Under the pieces are notes generated by a model. The model was given only the letters and a program-made list of their open reading frames with translations, did not search any database and was not told the DNA's origin. Shown in pieces: positions 10,041 through 24,990 of a DNA stretch of 64,000 nucleotides (the stretch's first letter is position 1; every line of letters begins with the position of its first letter). This DNA comes from Actinomycetota bacterium (GTDB lineage Bacteria; Actinomycetota; Actinomycetes; S36-B12). The DNA lies in NCBI GenBank assembly GCA_046046455.1, contig JBJOJS010000066.1:64861-128860 (forward strand). The letters run 5' to 3'. A program made the position numbers and the translations under genes.

Positions 10041-11338
10041 CAGCGGAGGAAGCCCTCATAGTTGCGCTGCTGCAGCTGGGAGTCGATCTGCTTCACCGTG
10101 TCGAGGCCGACGCCGACCACGATGAGGAGGCTGATGCCGCCGAAGACGAACTGGTCCCCGATGCCGATGAGGTTGAAGGCGAAGACCGGCATCACGGCGA
10201 TGAGGCCGAGGTAGATCGAGCCGGGGAAGGTGAGGCGGTTGAGGACGTAGGCGAGGTACTCAGCCGTGGGCTTGCCCGCGCGGATACCCGGGATGAAGCC
10301 GCCGTACTTCTTCATGTTGTCGGCCACGTCAACCGGGTTGAAGGTGATCGACACGTAGAAGTACGTGAAGAAGATCGTGAGAATGAAGAAGACCGTGAGA
10401 TAGACGGTCGACGTACCCGTGGAGAAGTTGGTCGCGATCCACTGCGCCCACTCCGCCTGACTGCCCGTGAGCTGCACCAGCAGGGTCGGGAGGAAGAGCA
10501 GAGATGAGGCGAAGATGACAGGGATGACACCGGCCATGTTCATCTTCAGCGGGATGTAGGTGGACGTCCCGCCGTACATGCGGCGACCCACCATGCGCTT
10601 GGCGTACTGAACCGGGATGCGGCGCTGACCCTGCTCGATGAAGACGACGAGGGTCAGGACGACCAGGGACACCAGGAGCGTCAGGGCGAAGGAGAAGGTC
10701 CCGCGGCTCACGAAGACGTTGATGAACTGCGCCGGGATCGTGGCGATGATGGAGGTGAAGATGAGCAGCGACATGCCGTTGCCCACGCCGCGCTCGGTGA
10801 TGAGCTCACCCAGCCACATGATCACAGCGGTGCCCGCCGTCATCACGATCACCATGACGATGATGAGGAGGGCGTTCTGGTTGGGGATCAACTGCTCGTT
10901 GCAGCCACTGAAGAGCTGGCCCGGGGTACGCGCGAGGGACAGGATCGCCGTCGACTGCAGGATCGCCAGCCCGATGGTGAGGTACCGGGTGTACTGCGTG
11001 ATCTTGGCCTGACCGGACTGGCCCTCCTTCTTGAGGGCCTCGAGCCGGGGGATGACGACCGTAAGGAGCTGCAGGATGATGCTGGCGGTGATGTAGGGCA
11101 TGATGCCCAGCGCGAAGACCGACAGCTGCAGGAGTGCACCGCCGCTGAAGAGGTTGATGACCGCGTAGACGGAGTTGTCCGAGGTCTGGTCGATACACCG
11201 CTGAATGGCGGAGTAGTCCACACCGGGCGTCGGCACGACCGAGCCCAGGCGGAAGATCGCCAGCATGGCCAGCGTGAAGAGCAGCTTCTTGCGCAGGTCC
11301 GGGGTGCGGAACGCCGCGACGAAGGCGCTGAGGTGCAC
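10040..11338 (-). CDS. secY: Preprotein translocase subunit SecY
   Basis: 432 aa polytopic membrane protein with a GTG start. FRTPDLRKKLLFTLAMLAIFRLGSVVPTPGVD... matches SecY. Confidence 0.97.
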   Translation of the reverse strand: MHLSAFVAAFRTPDLRKKLLFTLAMLAIFRLGSVVPTPGVDYSAIQRCIDQTSDNSVYAVINLFSGGALLQLSVFALGIMPYITASIILQLLTVVIPRLEALKKEGQSGQAKITQYTRYLTIGLAILQSTAILSLARTPGQLFSGCNEQLIPNQNALLIIVMVIVMTAGTAVIMWLGELITERGVGNGMSLLIFTSIIATIPAQFINVFVSRGTFSFALTLLVSLVVLTLVVFIEQGQRRIPVQYAKRMVGRRMYGGTSTYIPLKMNMAGVIPVIFASSLLFLPTLLVQLTGSQAEWAQWIATNFSTGTSTVYLTVFFILTIFFTYFYVSITFNPVDVADNMKKYGGFIPGIRAGKPTAEYLAYVLNRLTFPGSIYLGLIAVMPVFAFNLIGIGDQFVFGGISLLIVVGVGLDTVKQIDSQLQQRNYEGFLR

Positions 11339-11484
11339 GCTTACCTCCTGGGCGATGCGTCGGCATCACCGTGTGTCGTGGACGGGGACTGTCTTCCGGA
11401 CCCGATGCAGCCTAACCTAGGCGGCCCCGGGAACCTTCCCGGTGATCCTGGGGGGATCCTGGGGGCGGGGGCCCGGTTCGACGG

Positions 11485-11925
11485 TCAGACCTTCTCGATG
11501 CTCCCACCGGCCGCGGCGATCTTCTCCTGTGCAGCGGCGGAGAAGGCCTGGACCTTCACCTGGACGGCAACGGAGATATCGCCCTGGCCGAGGACCTTGA
11601 CCGGCTGGCCCTTGCGGACCGCGCCGGCCGCCACCAGGTCGGCAACGGTGACCGCACCGCCCTGGGGGAAGAGCTTGCCGAGGGCCGCGACGTTGACCAC
11701 CTGGTAGGTGACAGTGTTGGGGTTCGTGAAGCCCTTGAGCTTCGGCAGGCGCATGTGCAGCGGCATCTGGCCGCCCTCGAAGCGCGCCGGCACCTGGTTG
11801 CGAGCCCGCGTGCCCTTCGTGCCACGACCGGAGGTCTTGCCCTTGGAGGCCTCGCCGCGACCCTTGCGGGTCTTCGGCGTCTTGGCGCCCGGAGCGGGGC
11901 GCAGGTGGTGAACCTTCAGAGCCAT
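11485..11925 (-). CDS. rplO: 50S ribosomal protein L15
   Basis: 146 aa. [36 protein letters not shown]... matches L15. Confidence 0.96.
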   Translation of the reverse strand: MALKVHHLRPAPGAKTPKTRKGRGEASKGKTSGRGTKGTRARNQVPARFEGGQMPLHMRLPKLKGFTNPNTVTYQVVNVAALGKLFPQGGAVTVADLVAAGAVRKGQPVKVLGQGDISVAVQVKVQAFSAAAQEKIAAAGGSIEKV

Positions 11926-11926
11926 G

Positions 11927-12112
11927 TCACTCGACCTCCTCGACTGAGACGAGATGGGAGACCGTGGCGATCATGCCTCGGATCTCGGGGCGATCCTCCT
12001 TGACGACGGTGTCCCCGATGCGCTTGAGACCCAGGGAGCGCAGCGTCTCGCGCTGGCTGTGAGTCCCGCCGATCGGCGACTTCCGCTGAGTCACCTGCAG
12101 GCGCACGCTCAT
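11927..12112 (-). CDS. rpmD: 50S ribosomal protein L30
   Basis: 61 aa. [44 protein letters not shown] matches L30. Confidence 0.95.
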   Translation of the reverse strand: MSVRLQVTQRKSPIGGTHSQRETLRSLGLKRIGDTVVKEDRPEIRGMIATVSHLVSVEEVE

Positions 12113-12717
12113 GACGCACCTGCCGCGCGCGCACGCAGGAGGGCCGCGGGTGCGACGTCCTCCAGGGGGAGTCCACGGCGGGCCGCGACCTCCTCGGGGC
12201 GCTCGAGATTACGCAGCGCCTGCACCGTGGCGTGCACGATGTTGATGGCGTTGTCGGAGCCGAGCGACTTCGACAGGACGTCGTGAATACCCGCGCACTC
12301 GAGCACCGCGCGGACCGGGCCACCGGCGATGACACCGGTACCGGGGGCTGCGGGACGCAGCAGGACGACACCTGCAGCAGCCTCGCCCGTCACGGGATGC
12401 GGGATGGTGCCCTGGATACGCGGCACCTTGAAGAAGTGCTTCTTAGCCTCCTCGACGCCCTTGGCAATGGCCGCCGGCACCTCCTTGGCCTTGCCGTATC
12501 CCACGCCCACGGTGCCGTCACCATCGCCCACGACGACAAGCGCCGTGAAGCTGAAGCGACGACCACCCTTGACGACCTTCGCAACGCGGTTGATGGTCAC
12601 CACGCGCTCGAGGAAGGCGGACTTCTCCTCGCGGGGCGCGCGTTCGCGTCGCTCGCGGCGATCGCGTCCGCCCCCGGAGTTAGCGGCGCCGGTACCCCGG
12701 CGGTCCATTGTCGACAT
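12109..12717 (-). CDS. rpsE: 30S ribosomal protein S5
   Basis: 202 aa. [51 protein letters not shown] matches S5. A 4-nt overlap links it to rpmD. Confidence 0.97.
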   Translation of the reverse strand: MSTMDRRGTGAANSGGGRDRRERRERAPREEKSAFLERVVTINRVAKVVKGGRRFSFTALVVVGDGDGTVGVGYGKAKEVPAAIAKGVEEAKKHFFKVPRIQGTIPHPVTGEAAAGVVLLRPAAPGTGVIAGGPVRAVLECAGIHDVLSKSLGSDNAINIVHATVQALRNLERPEEVAARRGLPLEDVAPAALLRARAAGAS

Positions 12718-12737
12718 GCCTCAACCTCTCCTGACCG

Positions 12738-13121
12738 TCAGAACTCGAGGCCGCCCTCGCGGGCGCCCTCCGCTAGTGCCGCGATGCGGCCGTGGAACAT
12801 GTTGCCGCCGCGGTCGAAAACCACCGTCTCGACGCCCGCCTGCTTGGCGCGCGACGCGACGAGCTCGCCCACCTTGCGGGCCTGGGCGGTCTTGTCCGTT
12901 CCGGAGGAGCGGACGTCCGCCTCCATGGACGATGCCGACGCGAGTGTGCGACCCGCACCGTCGTCGATGACCTGAGCCACGACGTGACGCGACGAACGAG
13001 AGACCACGAGCCGCGGGCGCTGGGCACTGCCGCTGATCTTCTTGCGCACGCGCAGATGACGCCGCGCGCGTGCGGTGCGCTTGGGGTTGCCCGATCCGAT
13101 CTTCGGGGCGAAGGAGCTCAC
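12738..13121 (-). CDS. rplR: 50S ribosomal protein L18
   Basis: 127 aa. [34 protein letters not shown]...[26 protein letters not shown] matches L18. Confidence 0.96.
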   Translation of the reverse strand: MSSFAPKIGSGNPKRTARARRHLRVRKKISGSAQRPRLVVSRSSRHVVAQVIDDGAGRTLASASSMEADVRSSGTDKTAQARKVGELVASRAKQAGVETVVFDRGGNMFHGRIAALAEGAREGGLEF

Positions 13122-13660
13122 TTCTTGCCCGCCTTCCCGGCCTTGCGCCTGACGACTTCACCCTCGTAGCGCACGCCCTTGCCCTTGAAGGGCTCCGGCT
13201 TGCGCAACTTGCGGATGTTCGCGGCGACCTCGCCGACCTGCTGCTTGTCGATGCCCATGACCTTGAACTTCGTCGGCGACTCGACCGCGAAGCTGATGCC
13301 TTCCGGGGCGGGGAAGACGATCGGGTGGCTGTATCCGAGCGCGAACTCGAGGTCCTGGCCCTTGGCCTGGACCCGGTAGCCCGTGCCCACGATCTCGAGG
13401 CCCTTCTCGTAGCCCTCGGTCACCCCGACGACCATGTTGGAGATCAGGGTGCGCGTGAGACCGTGACGGGCGCGGGAATCGCGCTCGTCGTTGGGGCGCG
13501 TCACCGCGAGGGTGCCGTCATCTTGACGCTCGACGGCGATGGGCTCCACAACCGTGTGCGTCAGGGTGCCCTTAGGCCCCTTGATGGTGACGACCGAGCC
13601 GTCGACGGTCACATCGACCCCCGACGGGATGGTGATGGGCAGGCGTCCGATGCGCGACAT
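13118..13660 (-). CDS. rplF: 50S ribosomal protein L6
   Basis: 180 aa. [33 protein letters not shown]... matches L6. Confidence 0.97.
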   Translation of the reverse strand: MSRIGRLPITIPSGVDVTVDGSVVTIKGPKGTLTHTVVEPIAVERQDDGTLAVTRPNDERDSRARHGLTRTLISNMVVGVTEGYEKGLEIVGTGYRVQAKGQDLEFALGYSHPIVFPAPEGISFAVESPTKFKVMGIDKQQVGEVAANIRKLRKPEPFKGKGVRYEGEVVRRKAGKAGKK

Positions 13661-13669
13661 AACTCCCCC

Positions 13670-14068
13670 TCACCAGACGTAGGCGAGGACTTCCCCACCT
13701 ACGCCCTTCTGCGAAGCCTGGCGATCCGTGAGGAGGCCGGACGAGGTGGACAGGATCGCGACGCCGAGGCCTCCGAGGACCTTGGGCAGCGCGGTGCTCT
13801 TGGCGTAGACGCGGAGGCCCGGCTTGGAGACGCGACGCAGTCCGGCGATCGAACGCTCGCGACTGGGGCCGTACTTGAGCTCGAGGATGAGGCTCTTGCC
13901 GACGGTGGCGTCCTCGACGCTCCAGCCCGCGATGTAGCCCTCCTGCTTGAGGATCTCGGCAATTCCTGCCTTGATCTTCGAATGCGGCATGGTCACCGCA
14001 TCGTGATACGCGGAGTTGGCGTTGCGCAGGCGCGCAAGCATGTCCGCGATCGGGTCGGTCATCGTCAT
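13670..14068 (-). CDS. rpsH: 30S ribosomal protein S8
   Basis: ORF 13670..14074. [23 protein letters not shown] matches S8 N-termini. ATG at 14068 is preferred; ATGs at 14074 and 14062 are also in frame. Confidence 0.95.
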   Translation of the reverse strand: MTMTDPIADMLARLRNANSAYHDAVTMPHSKIKAGIAEILKQEGYIAGWSVEDATVGKSLILELKYGPSRERSIAGLRRVSKPGLRVYAKSTALPKVLGGLGVAILSTSSGLLTDRQASQKGVGGEVLAYVW

Positions 14069-14123
14069 GGCCATCAGGCCCTTCTCGCCGCGGTATCCCC
14101 TCGGGGACCTACGGCGTCGTGGT

Positions 14124-14309
14124 TTACCAGCTGCTCTTGGTGATTCCGGGAAGCTGACCCGCGTGGGCCATCTCCCTCAGGCAGATCCGGCAGAGGCCGA
14201 ACTTGCGGTAGACGGCGTGGGGACGGCCACAGCGGGTGCAGCGCGTGTAAGCGCGCACGGCGTACTTCGGCTTGCGCCGCTGCTTCTCGATCAGTGCCTT
14301 CTTCGCCAC
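14124..14309 (-). CDS. rpsN: 30S ribosomal protein S14, short zinc-binding (type Z) form
   Basis: 61 aa. [61 protein letters not shown] carries the CxxC...CxxC motif. Confidence 0.96.
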   Translation of the reverse strand: MAKKALIEKQRRKPKYAVRAYTRCTRCGRPHAVYRKFGLCRICLREMAHAGQLPGITKSSW

Positions 14310-14311
14310 GG

Positions 14312-14881
14312 TCAGTTCTCCTTGAAGGGGAAGCCGAGGAGGCGCAGGAGAGCCCGCCCCTCCTCATCGTTCTCGGCTGTGGTCACGACCGTGATGTCCA
14401 TTCCGCGGACGCGGTCGATCTTGTCCTGGTCGATCTCATGGAACATCGACTGCTCGTTGAGACCGAAGGTGTAGTTGCCGCGGCCGTCGAACTGCTTGCC
14501 GGACAGCCCTCGGAAGTCCCTGATGCGCGGAAGCGCGACCGAGAGAAGGCGGTCGAGGAACTCCCACATGCGATCACCGCGGAGGGTGACGTGCGCACCG
14601 ATCGGCATGCCTTCGCGGAGCTTGAACTGCGCGATCGACTTGCGGGCCTTGGTCACCTGGGGGCGCTGGCCCGTGATCTCCGTGAGGTCGCGGATCGCGC
14701 CCTCGATGAGCTTGGAGTCGCGGGCCGCCTCGCCGACGCCCATGTTGACGACGACCTTCGTCACACGGGGAACCTGCATGATGTTCTCGAAGGAGAACTG
14801 CTCCTGCAGGGCAGGGACGATCTCCTCGCGGTAGCGCGACTTCAGTCGCGGCATCTGGCGCTCGGTCATGGTGGTCATCAC
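14312..14881 (-). CDS. rplE: 50S ribosomal protein L5
   Basis: 189 aa. [42 protein letters not shown] matches L5. An ATGA overlap links it to rplX. Confidence 0.96.
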   Translation of the reverse strand: MMTTMTERQMPRLKSRYREEIVPALQEQFSFENIMQVPRVTKVVVNMGVGEAARDSKLIEGAIRDLTEITGQRPQVTKARKSIAQFKLREGMPIGAHVTLRGDRMWEFLDRLLSVALPRIRDFRGLSGKQFDGRGNYTFGLNEQSMFHEIDQDKIDRVRGMDITVVTTAENDEEGRALLRLLGFPFKEN

Positions 14882-15240
14882 AGGTCCTTGCCGGTTCGCT
14901 TCGAGACGCGCACGCTGCGCGTCGCCTCGTAGGTGCTGCCGTCCGCGCGACGCTTCTCGACCTTCTCCTTGCGGAAGCCGACCCGCGTCGGGCGGTTGTC
15001 CTCGGGGTCGACGACCATCACGTTGGAGACGTGGATCGGAGCCTCCGTCGTGATGATGCCGCCGGTCTTGGCACCACGGTTGTTCTGGCCCACCTTGGTG
15101 TGCTTCTTGATGCGGTTCACGCCCTCGACGATCACCTTGTCGGACTCGGGGAAGACCTCGATGACCTTCCCGGTGATGCCGCGGTCCTTACCGCTGATGA
15201 CCTGCACGAGGTCACCCTTGCGAACGAAGAGGCCAGCCAT
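14878..15240 (-). CDS. rplX: 50S ribosomal protein L24
   Basis: 120 aa with a KOW motif: [24 protein letters not shown]. Confidence 0.96.
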   Translation of the reverse strand: MAGLFVRKGDLVQVISGKDRGITGKVIEVFPESDKVIVEGVNRIKKHTKVGQNNRGAKTGGIITTEAPIHVSNVMVVDPEDNRPTRVGFRKEKVEKRRADGSTYEATRSVRVSKRTGKDL

Positions 15241-15241
15241 G

Positions 15242-15610
15242 TCAGAGCACCTCCGGTGCCAACGAGATGATCTTCATGAAGCGCTTCTCGCGGAGCTCGC
15301 GCCCAACCGGCCCGAAGATGCGGGTCCCACGGGGCTCGCCGTCACCCTTGAGGATGACCGCGGCGTTCTCGTCGAAGCGGATGTAGGAGCCATCGGGGCG
15401 ACGGTTCTCCTTGCGGGTGCGGACGACGACGGCCTTGACGACCTCGCCCTTCTTGACGCCACCACCGGGGATGGCGTCCTTGACGGTCGCCACGATGATG
15501 TCGCCGATGCCGGCGTAGCGCCGTCCGGAACCACCGAGGACGCGGATGCACAGAAGCTCCTTGGCACCCGTGTTGTCGGCGACCTTGAGTCGGGACTCTT
15601 GCTGAATCAC
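15242..15610 (-). CDS. rplN: 50S ribosomal protein L14
   Basis: ORF 15242..15808. Start set at GTG 15610 ([27 protein letters not shown]), giving 122 aa. Confidence 0.96.
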   Translation of the reverse strand: MIQQESRLKVADNTGAKELLCIRVLGGSGRRYAGIGDIIVATVKDAIPGGGVKKGEVVKAVVVRTRKENRRPDGSYIRFDENAAVILKGDGEPRGTRIFGPVGRELREKRFMKIISLAPEVL

Positions 15611-15620
15611 GTCGTCTCCC

Positions 15621-15902
15621 CTACTTAGCCTTCTCGAGGATCTCGACGACGCGCCAGCGCTTAGTCGCCGACAGCGGCTTGGTCTCCATGAGCAGCACGC
15701 GATCGCCGATGCCGCACGAGTTCTGCTCGTCGTGCGCCTTGAGCTTGCTCGTACGGCGGACCACCTTGCCGTAAAGCGGGTGCTTGAAGCGGTCCTCGAC
15801 GGCGACAACGACGGTCTTGTCCATCTTGTCGCTGACCACGAGTCCCTCGCGGACCTTGCGTGCGTTGCGTTCTGAGCTCACGTTCACCTTCTCGTCGGTC
15901 AT
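15621..15902 (-). CDS. rpsQ: 30S ribosomal protein S17
   Basis: 93 aa. [45 protein letters not shown] matches S17. Confidence 0.96.
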   Translation of the reverse strand: MTDEKVNVSSERNARKVREGLVVSDKMDKTVVVAVEDRFKHPLYGKVVRRTSKLKAHDEQNSCGIGDRVLLMETKPLSATKRWRVVEILEKAK

Positions 15903-16135
15903 GCCGCACCGCCCACGTGCTCGACGGGCGTGATGCCGAGCTCGCGCTCGCGCATCACGGTGTAGAGGCGCGCAATGTCCTTGCGGACCGCACGGAGTCG
16001 CCCGTGGTTCTCGAGCTGACCCGTCGCGCCCTGGAAACGGAGGTTGAACAGCTCCTCCTTGGCCTCACGCAGTCGCGTCACGAGCTCCTCGTCCGTGAGG
16101 CCGCGGAACTCCTGGGGTGATGTGCCGGCAGCCAT
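15899..16135 (-). CDS. rpmC: 50S ribosomal protein L29
   Basis: ORF 15899..16285. Start set at ATG 16135 ([35 protein letters not shown]), in an ATGA overlap with the rplP stop. Confidence 0.94.
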   Translation of the reverse strand: MAAGTSPQEFRGLTDEELVTRLREAKEELFNLRFQGATGQLENHGRLRAVRKDIARLYTVMRERELGITPVEHVGGAA

Positions 16136-16557
16136 CAGACCTCCGCAATGTCGTCGCGACGCACGATCCGGCACTTCATGGGCAGCTTGTGCATGGCCCT
16201 GGTCAGCGCCGCGATAGCGGTCTTCTCGTTGGGGTAGGACAGCTCGAACATCACGCGTCCGGGCTTGACGTTGGCGACCCACCACTCGGGTGAACCCTTA
16301 CCGGAACCCATGCGCGTCTCAGCAGGCTTCTTGGTAAGCGGACGGTCGGGGTAGATGTTGATCCACACCTTGCCACCACGGCGGATGTGGCGCGTGATGG
16401 CGATACGGGCGGACTCGATCTGGCGGTTGGTGACGTACGCCGGCTCGAGAGCCTGCAGCCCATACGTGCCAAAGGTCACCTCGGTGCCGCCCTTGGCAGC
16501 GCCGGTGCGCTTCGGGTGGTGCTGCTTGCGGTGCTTGACCTTGCGCGGGATCAGCAT
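16135..16557 (-). CDS. rplP: 50S ribosomal protein L16
   Basis: 140 aa. [36 protein letters not shown] matches L16. Confidence 0.97.
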   Translation of the reverse strand: MLIPRKVKHRKQHHPKRTGAAKGGTEVTFGTYGLQALEPAYVTNRQIESARIAITRHIRRGGKVWINIYPDRPLTKKPAETRMGSGKGSPEWWVANVKPGRVMFELSYPNEKTAIAALTRAMHKLPMKCRIVRRDDIAEV

Positions 16558-16559
16558 GA

Positions 16560-17351
16560 TCAGACCTCGCCCTCTGTCGGTGCGGGAGCCTCAGCCCCGG
16601 CGACGGCTGCCGTCTCCAGGACCTCGTCGTCGCGACGAAGGCCGCGGCGGGGACGCTCAGGACGCTTGCCCAGGCGCGCCGCAGCCGCGGCGGCCTCGCG
16701 CTCGGCGCGGCTGGTGGGGGCGTCGCCCTTGTAGATCCAGACCTTGACGCCGATGCGACCGAAGGTCGTGCGAGCCTCGTAGAAGCCGTAGTCGATATCG
16801 GCGCGCAGGGTGTGCAGGGGCACGCGGCCCTCGCGGTAGAACTCCGTGCGGCTCATCTCCGCGCCGCCGAGGCGACCCGAGACCTGCACGCGGATGCCCT
16901 TGGCTCCGGCCTTCATCGTGCTCTGCATGCCCTTGCGCATCGCGCGGCGGAACGACACGCGGCTCGAGAGCTGCTCAGCGATGCCCTGCGCGACGAGCTG
17001 TGCGTCCATCTCGGGGTTCTTGACCTCCAGGATGTTGAGCTGCACCTGCTTGCCCGTGAGCTTCTCGAGATCGGCGCGGATGCGATCGGCCTCGGCGCCG
17101 CGGCGACCGATGACGATGCCGGGGCGTGCGGTGTGGATGTCCACGCGGACACGCTCGCGGGTGCGCTCGATCTCGACCTTGCTGATGCCGGCGCGCTCCA
17201 TGCCGCGGGAGAGCAGCTTGCGAATCGCCACGTCCTCCTCGACATAGTCGCGGTAGCGCTGCCCGGGCTTCGCGCTATCGGCGAACCACCGGGACGTGAA
17301 GTCGGTCGTGATGCCGAGGCGGAAGCCGTGCGGGTTGACCTTCTGACCCAT
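16560..17351 (-). CDS. rpsC: 30S ribosomal protein S3
   Basis: 263 aa. [25 protein letters not shown]... matches S3, with a KH domain and a C-terminal basic/Ala-rich tail. Confidence 0.97.
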   Translation of the reverse strand: MGQKVNPHGFRLGITTDFTSRWFADSAKPGQRYRDYVEEDVAIRKLLSRGMERAGISKVEIERTRERVRVDIHTARPGIVIGRRGAEADRIRADLEKLTGKQVQLNILEVKNPEMDAQLVAQGIAEQLSSRVSFRRAMRKGMQSTMKAGAKGIRVQVSGRLGGAEMSRTEFYREGRVPLHTLRADIDYGFYEARTTFGRIGVKVWIYKGDAPTSRAEREAAAAAARLGKRPERPRRGLRRDDEVLETAAVAGAEAPAPTEGEV

Positions 17352-17352
17352 C

Positions 17353-17862
17353 TCAGCTCTCCTCTTCCGTGGCCGCAGCCTCCTGGGCGGGGGCCTTCTT
17401 GGCCGCTGCCTTCTTAGCCGGGGCCTTCTCGTCAGTCACCTTGGGCTTGTCCGTCGCCTTGGGGGCTGCCTTCGGGGCCGCCTTGGACGACGTGGACTTC
17501 TTGGCGGGGGCCTTGACGACCGGCGCCGCGTCCACAGTCTCGAGGACCACCGTGATGTGGCTCGTCCGCTTGCGGATGCGGTAGGCACGACCCTGAGCAC
17601 GAGGGCGGAACCGACGCATGGTCGGGCCCTCGTCGACGTAGGCCTCGGCAACCACGAGGGAAGCGGGGTCGAGGTTGTGATTGTTGGTCGCGTTGGCGAT
17701 GGCGCTGTCGAGCACCTTCCCCACCGGATCGCTCGCATCCTGCGGAGCGAAGCGCAACACCGCCTGGGCGTCTGCCGCGGGCAGGCCTCGAATGAGGTCC
17801 ACCACTCGGCGCGCCTTCATGGGCGTGACACGGACGAACCGCGCCTGGGCCCTGGCTTCCAT
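17353..17862 (-). CDS. rplV: 50S ribosomal protein L22 with Lys/Ala-rich C-terminal extension
   Basis: 169 aa. [26 protein letters not shown]... is the L22 core, followed by a KAP/AKK tail. Confidence 0.96.
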   Translation of the reverse strand: MEARAQARFVRVTPMKARRVVDLIRGLPAADAQAVLRFAPQDASDPVGKVLDSAIANATNNHNLDPASLVVAEAYVDEGPTMRRFRPRAQGRAYRIRKRTSHITVVLETVDAAPVVKAPAKKSTSSKAAPKAAPKATDKPKVTDEKAPAKKAAAKKAPAQEAAATEEES

Positions 17863-17916
17863 CGCTTTCCCCTTGCCTCTCGTGACTCTCGTGGTCTTCC
17901 TGTGCCGGCGCCAGCG

Positions 17917-18198
17917 CTACTTGCGCTTGGCCTTCCGGTCTTCCTTGACGTGCCCCTTGAAGGTGCGCGTCGGCGCGAACTCGCCGAGCTTGTGTCCGAC
18001 CATGTTCTCCGTGACGAAGACGGGCACGTGCTTGCGACCGTCGTGCACGGCGATGGTGTGGCCGAGCATGGCCGGCACGATCATCGAGCGGCGGGACCAG
18101 GTCTTGATGACCTGCTGGCTCTTGGCCTCGTTCTGGGCGTCCACCTTCTTGAGCAGGTGGTCGTCCACGAAGGGACCCTTCTTCAGGCTCCTGGGCAC
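17917..18198 (-). CDS. rpsS: 30S ribosomal protein S19
   Basis: 93 aa. [24 protein letters not shown]...[17 protein letters not shown] matches S19. Confidence 0.97.
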   Translation of the reverse strand: MPRSLKKGPFVDDHLLKKVDAQNEAKSQQVIKTWSRRSMIVPAMLGHTIAVHDGRKHVPVFVTENMVGHKLGEFAPTRTFKGHVKEDRKAKRK

Positions 18199-18207
18199 AG
18201 TCGTCTC

Positions 18208-19044
<837 letters not shown>

Positions 19045-19061
19045 GGTGTTCGTCCCTCGCC

Positions 19062-19361
19062 CTAGCTGACCGGTCCGCCGAAGATGTCGATGCGATCGCC
19101 CTGCGCCACGGACACGATCGCCCGCTTGGTCGCAGCGCGACGACCGAAGCCACGACGGGTGCGGATGCGCTTGCCCTCGCGGTTCATCGTGTTGACTGAC
19201 GTCACGCGTACGCCGAAGACCTGCTCGACCGCGATCTTGATCTGGGTCTTGTTGGCGTCGGGCGCGACGATGAAGGTGTACTTGTTCTCGTCGAGAAGCC
19301 CGTAGCTCTTCTCCGAGATGACCGGAGCGAGCAGGACGTCACGCGGATCGGCGATCCTCAT
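19062..19361 (-). CDS. rplW: 50S ribosomal protein L23
   Basis: ORF 19062..19541. Start set at ATG 19361 ([32 protein letters not shown]), in an ATGA overlap with the rplD stop. Confidence 0.95.
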   Translation of the reverse strand: MRIADPRDVLLAPVISEKSYGLLDENKYTFIVAPDANKTQIKIAVEQVFGVRVTSVNTMNREGKRIRTRRGFGRRAATKRAIVSVAQGDRIDIFGGPVS

Positions 19362-20032
19362 GCCGACACCTCCGATTCGGTCGCGACGGCCTTGGCACCG
19401 CGCCCCTTCACGGGCCCGGCGACGAAGGTGTCGAAGGAGCCCTTGGTGAAGATGACGTCGTCCGTGACGAGGACGTCGTAGGTGTTCAGCTGGTCGGGGG
19501 CGACCACGCGGACGTTGGGAAGGTTGCGGACGCTCAGCCACGAGGCGATGTCATCGCGCTCGACGACCACGAGCAGGTTGGGGCGCTCGGTGACCTCGAG
19601 CAGGAAGGCCTGCGCGCTCTTGGTCGAGGGCTCATCGCCGGCGACCAGGGCGGACACCACGTGAATCCGGCCTTCGCGCGCGCGATCGGACAGGGCACCG
19701 CGGAGAGCGGCCGCCTTCATCTTCTTGGGCGTGCGCTGGTCGTAGGACCGGGGCGACGGTCCATGGACCGTGCCACCGCCCGCGAACTGAGGTGCACGCG
19801 TCGAGCCCTGGCGGGCGCGGCCGGTGCCCTTCTGCTTGTAAGGCTTCTTGCCACCGCCGCTCACCTCGCCGCGGGTCTTGGTGTCGTGCGTCCCCTGGCG
19901 GGCGGCAGCGAGCTGCGCGACGACCACCTGGTGGATGAGGGGGACGTTGACCTGGACGTCGAAGATCTCCGAGGGGAGATCGACATCGCCCTGGGCCTTG
20001 CCCCCGGGGACGAGGACCTTCACGGAGGTCAT
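19358..20032 (-). CDS. rplD: 50S ribosomal protein L4
   Basis: 224 aa. [61 protein letters not shown] matches L4. Confidence 0.97.
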   Translation of the reverse strand: MTSVKVLVPGGKAQGDVDLPSEIFDVQVNVPLIHQVVVAQLAAARQGTHDTKTRGEVSGGGKKPYKQKGTGRARQGSTRAPQFAGGGTVHGPSPRSYDQRTPKKMKAAALRGALSDRAREGRIHVVSALVAGDEPSTKSAQAFLLEVTERPNLLVVVERDDIASWLSVRNLPNVRVVAPDQLNTYDVLVTDDVIFTKGSFDTFVAGPVKGRGAKAVATESEVSA

Positions 20033-20685
20033 GAGGACACCGCCTTCGAGGTCGTGCGGACGAACACGAGGCCACCCTTGGGGCCGGGGACGGCACCCTT
20101 GATGAGCAGGAGACCGCGCTCGGGATCGACGGCATGGACCTTGAGCCCCTGCGTCGTGTGCCGGACGGTGCCCATGCGGCCCGCCATGCGCAGACCCTTG
20201 AAGACACGTCCCGGCGTGGCGCAGGCGCCGATGGAGCCGGGCTTGCGGTGGTTGCGATGCGCACCGTGCGAGGCGCCCACGCCACCGAAGCCGTGGCGCT
20301 TCATCGTGCCGGCGAAGCCCTTGCCCTTGGTGGTCGCCGTGACATCGACGACCTCGCCCGCGGCGAAGGTTTCGGCGCCGACCTCCTGGCCGAGGGTGTA
20401 CTCGGACGCATCGGTGGTGCGCAGCTCGACGAGGTGGCGACGAGGAGCGACACCCGCCTTGGCGAAGTGGCCGGCGTCGGGCTTGTTGACGCGGCGCGGG
20501 TCGACGGCACCGAAGCCGAGTTGCACGGCGGAATAGCCGTCATGGTCCGGCGTGCGCACCTGCGTCACTACGCAGGGGCCCGCCTTGACCACGGTCACGG
20601 GGACGACGCGGTTGTTCTCGTCCCATACCTGGGTCATGCCGAGCTTCTGCCCGAGCACGCCCTTGACTGTCCTGTCCATCGTCAT
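20029..20685 (-). CDS. rplC: 50S ribosomal protein L3
   Basis: 218 aa. [38 protein letters not shown] matches L3. Confidence 0.97.
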   Translation of the reverse strand: MTMDRTVKGVLGQKLGMTQVWDENNRVVPVTVVKAGPCVVTQVRTPDHDGYSAVQLGFGAVDPRRVNKPDAGHFAKAGVAPRRHLVELRTTDASEYTLGQEVGAETFAAGEVVDVTATTKGKGFAGTMKRHGFGGVGASHGAHRNHRKPGSIGACATPGRVFKGLRMAGRMGTVRHTTQGLKVHAVDPERGLLLIKGAVPGPKGGLVFVRTTSKAVSS

Positions 20686-20689
20686 CGTC

Positions 20690-20998
20690 CTAGAGCTTGA
20701 TCTCGATGTCGACGCCGGCCGGGAGGTCCAGGCGCATGAGCGAGTCGACGGTCTTGGGCGTGGGGTCGAGGATGTCGATGAGGCGCTTGTGGGTGCGCAT
20801 CTCGAAGTGCTCTCGACTGTCCTTGTACTTGTGGGGCGACCGGATGACGCAGTAGACGTTCTTCTCGGTCGGCAGCGGCACCGGTCCCGCGACCTGCGCG
20901 CCCGTGCGAGTCACCGTATCGACGATCTTGCGCGCCGAAGAGTCGATGATCTCGTGGTCGTAGGCCTTGAGCCGGATCCGGATCTTCTGTCCCGCCAT
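20690..20998 (-). CDS. rpsJ: 30S ribosomal protein S10
   Basis: 102 aa. [46 protein letters not shown] matches S10. Confidence 0.98.
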   Translation of the reverse strand: MAGQKIRIRLKAYDHEIIDSSARKIVDTVTRTGAQVAGPVPLPTEKNVYCVIRSPHKYKDSREHFEMRTHKRLIDILDPTPKTVDSLMRLDLPAGVDIEIKL

Positions 20999-21055
20999 GG
21001 TGGCTTCCTTCTTAAGTCCGTGCCGCTGTCTGTCTGGGAGTCGTGCTGGGCGAGC

Positions 21056-21085
21056 TTCGGGGGAGGCGCGAACGCCTCCCCCGAA
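21056..21085 (-). terminator. Hairpin 5 nt downstream of the tuf stop (13-bp perfect stem, 4-nt loop, no U-tract)
   Basis: ttcgggggaggcg cgaa cgcctcccccgaa is read directly from the sequence. It is the I-shaped type of terminator/processing hairpin common in high-GC actinobacteria. Confidence 0.6.
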
Positions 21086-21090
21086 CCCGA

Positions 21091-22284
21091 CTACTTGATG
21101 ATCTTGGTGACGCGCCCGGCGCCGACGGTGCGGCCGCCCTCGCGAATCGCGAAGCGCAGGCCGTCCTCCATGGCGATGGGCTGGATGAGATCGACCTTCA
21201 TCTCGGTGTTGTCACCGGGCATGACCATGTCCTTGCCCTCGGGCAGGTGCACGACGCCCGTGACGTCCGTGGTCCGGAAGTAGAACTGCGGACGGTAGTT
21301 GTCGAAGAACGGGGTGTGGCGGCCGCCCTCGTCCTTGCTCAGGATGTAGACCTGGGCCTCGAACTCGGTGTGCGGGGTGATCGAGCCGGGCTTGCACACG
21401 ACCTGGCCACGCTCCACGTCCTCGCGCTTGGTGCCACGGAGGAGCAGACCGACGTTCTCGCCCGCCTGGCCCTCGTCGAGGAGCTTGCGGAACATCTCGA
21501 CGCCGGTGACCGTGGTCTTGGTCGACTCGGGACGGATGCCGACGATCTCGACCTCCTCGTTGACCTTGACGATGCCGCGCTCGATACGACCGGTCACGAC
21601 GGTGCCGCGGCCGGTGATCGTGAAGACATCCTCGACGGGCATGAGGAAGGGCTTGTCGATCTCGCGCTCGGGGGTGGCGATGTAGGCATCGACCGCGCCC
21701 ATGAGCTCCATGATCGAGTCGGCCCACTTCTCGTCGCCGTTGAGCGCCGGGAACGCGGCCACGCGAACGACGGGGATGTCGTCGCCGGGGAACTCGTAGG
21801 TCGACAGGAGCTCACGGACCTCCATCTCGACGAGCTCGAGGAGATCCTCGTCGTCCACCATGTCGCACTTGTTGAGGGCGACCACGATGGCGGGGACGCC
21901 GACCTGGCGGGCCAGGAGGACGTGCTCCTTGGTCTGGGGCATCGGGCCGTCGGTGGCGGCGACCACGAGGATCGCGCCGTCCATCTGTGCGGCACCGGTG
22001 ATCATGTTCTTGATGTAGTCAGCGTGGCCGGGGCAGTCCACGTGCGCGTAGTGACGAGCCTCGGTCTGGTACTCGACGTGCGCGATCGAGATCGTGATAC
22101 CGCGCTGACGCTCCTCCGGAGCCTTGTCGATCTGATCGAAAGGCGTGAAGGGGTTGATGTCGGGCATCTTGTCGTGCAGGACCTTGGTGATCGCCGCGGT
22201 CAGCGTCGTCTTGCCATGGTCGATGTGCCCGATGGTGCCGATGTTCACGTGCGGCTTGGTCCGCTCGAACTTCGCCTTCGCCAC
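21091..22284 (-). CDS. tuf: Elongation factor Tu
   Basis: 397 aa. [36 protein letters not shown]... is a full-length EF-Tu. Confidence 0.99.
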   Translation of the reverse strand: MAKAKFERTKPHVNIGTIGHIDHGKTTLTAAITKVLHDKMPDINPFTPFDQIDKAPEERQRGITISIAHVEYQTEARHYAHVDCPGHADYIKNMITGAAQMDGAILVVAATDGPMPQTKEHVLLARQVGVPAIVVALNKCDMVDDEDLLELVEMEVRELLSTYEFPGDDIPVVRVAAFPALNGDEKWADSIMELMGAVDAYIATPEREIDKPFLMPVEDVFTITGRGTVVTGRIERGIVKVNEEVEIVGIRPESTKTTVTGVEMFRKLLDEGQAGENVGLLLRGTKREDVERGQVVCKPGSITPHTEFEAQVYILSKDEGGRHTPFFDNYRPQFYFRTTDVTGVVHLPEGKDMVMPGDNTEMKVDLIQPIAMEDGLRFAIREGGRTVGAGRVTKIIK

Positions 22285-22367
22285 GGTGGGCTCCTCTTCG
22301 TTTCGGTCCGTCCGGCTGTCGCGGATCGGGGCTTGGCTTGGTTATCTGGTTGTTCTTCGATCCGCGA

Positions 22368-24467
<2,100 letters not shown>

Positions 24468-24519
24468 CTGCGTACTCCTTCTTCGTTACTTCTTGTGATG
24501 AAGCTTCGTGTGACGCCGA

Positions 24520-24990
24520 CTACCAGCGGTAGTGGGCGAACGCCTTGTTGGACTCGGCCATCTTGTGGGTGTCCTCGCGCTTCTTGACGCTTGCGCCAAG
24601 ACCGTTGGAGGCGTCGAGGATCTCGTTCATGAGGCGCTCGGTCATCGTCTTCTCGCGACGCTGGCGCGAGTAGGAGACGAGCCAGCGCAGCGCCAGGGTG
24701 GTGCTGCGGCCGGCCTTGACCTCGACGGGGACCTGGTACGTCGCACCGCCGACGCGGCGGGAGCGCACCTCGAGCGTGGGCTTGACGTTGTCGAGCGCGC
24801 GCTTGAGCGTGGCCACGGGATCGGTGCCGGTCTTCTCGCGGCAGCCCTCGAGAGCGCCGTAGACGATGGCCTCCGCGGTGGAGCGCTTGCCGTCGAGGAG
24901 GATCTTGTTGATGAGCTGGGTGACGACCGGGGAGTTGTAGACCGGGTCGATCACGATCGGCCGCTTGGCAGCCGGGCCCTTGCGCGGCAT
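24520..24990 (-). CDS. rpsG: 30S ribosomal protein S7
   Basis: ORF 24520..25692. Start set at ATG 24990 ([40 protein letters not shown]), in an ATGA overlap with the rpsL stop; 156 aa. Confidence 0.97.
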   Translation of the reverse strand: MPRKGPAAKRPIVIDPVYNSPVVTQLINKILLDGKRSTAEAIVYGALEGCREKTGTDPVATLKRALDNVKPTLEVRSRRVGGATYQVPVEVKAGRSTTLALRWLVSYSRQRREKTMTERLMNEILDASNGLGASVKKREDTHKMAESNKAFAHYRW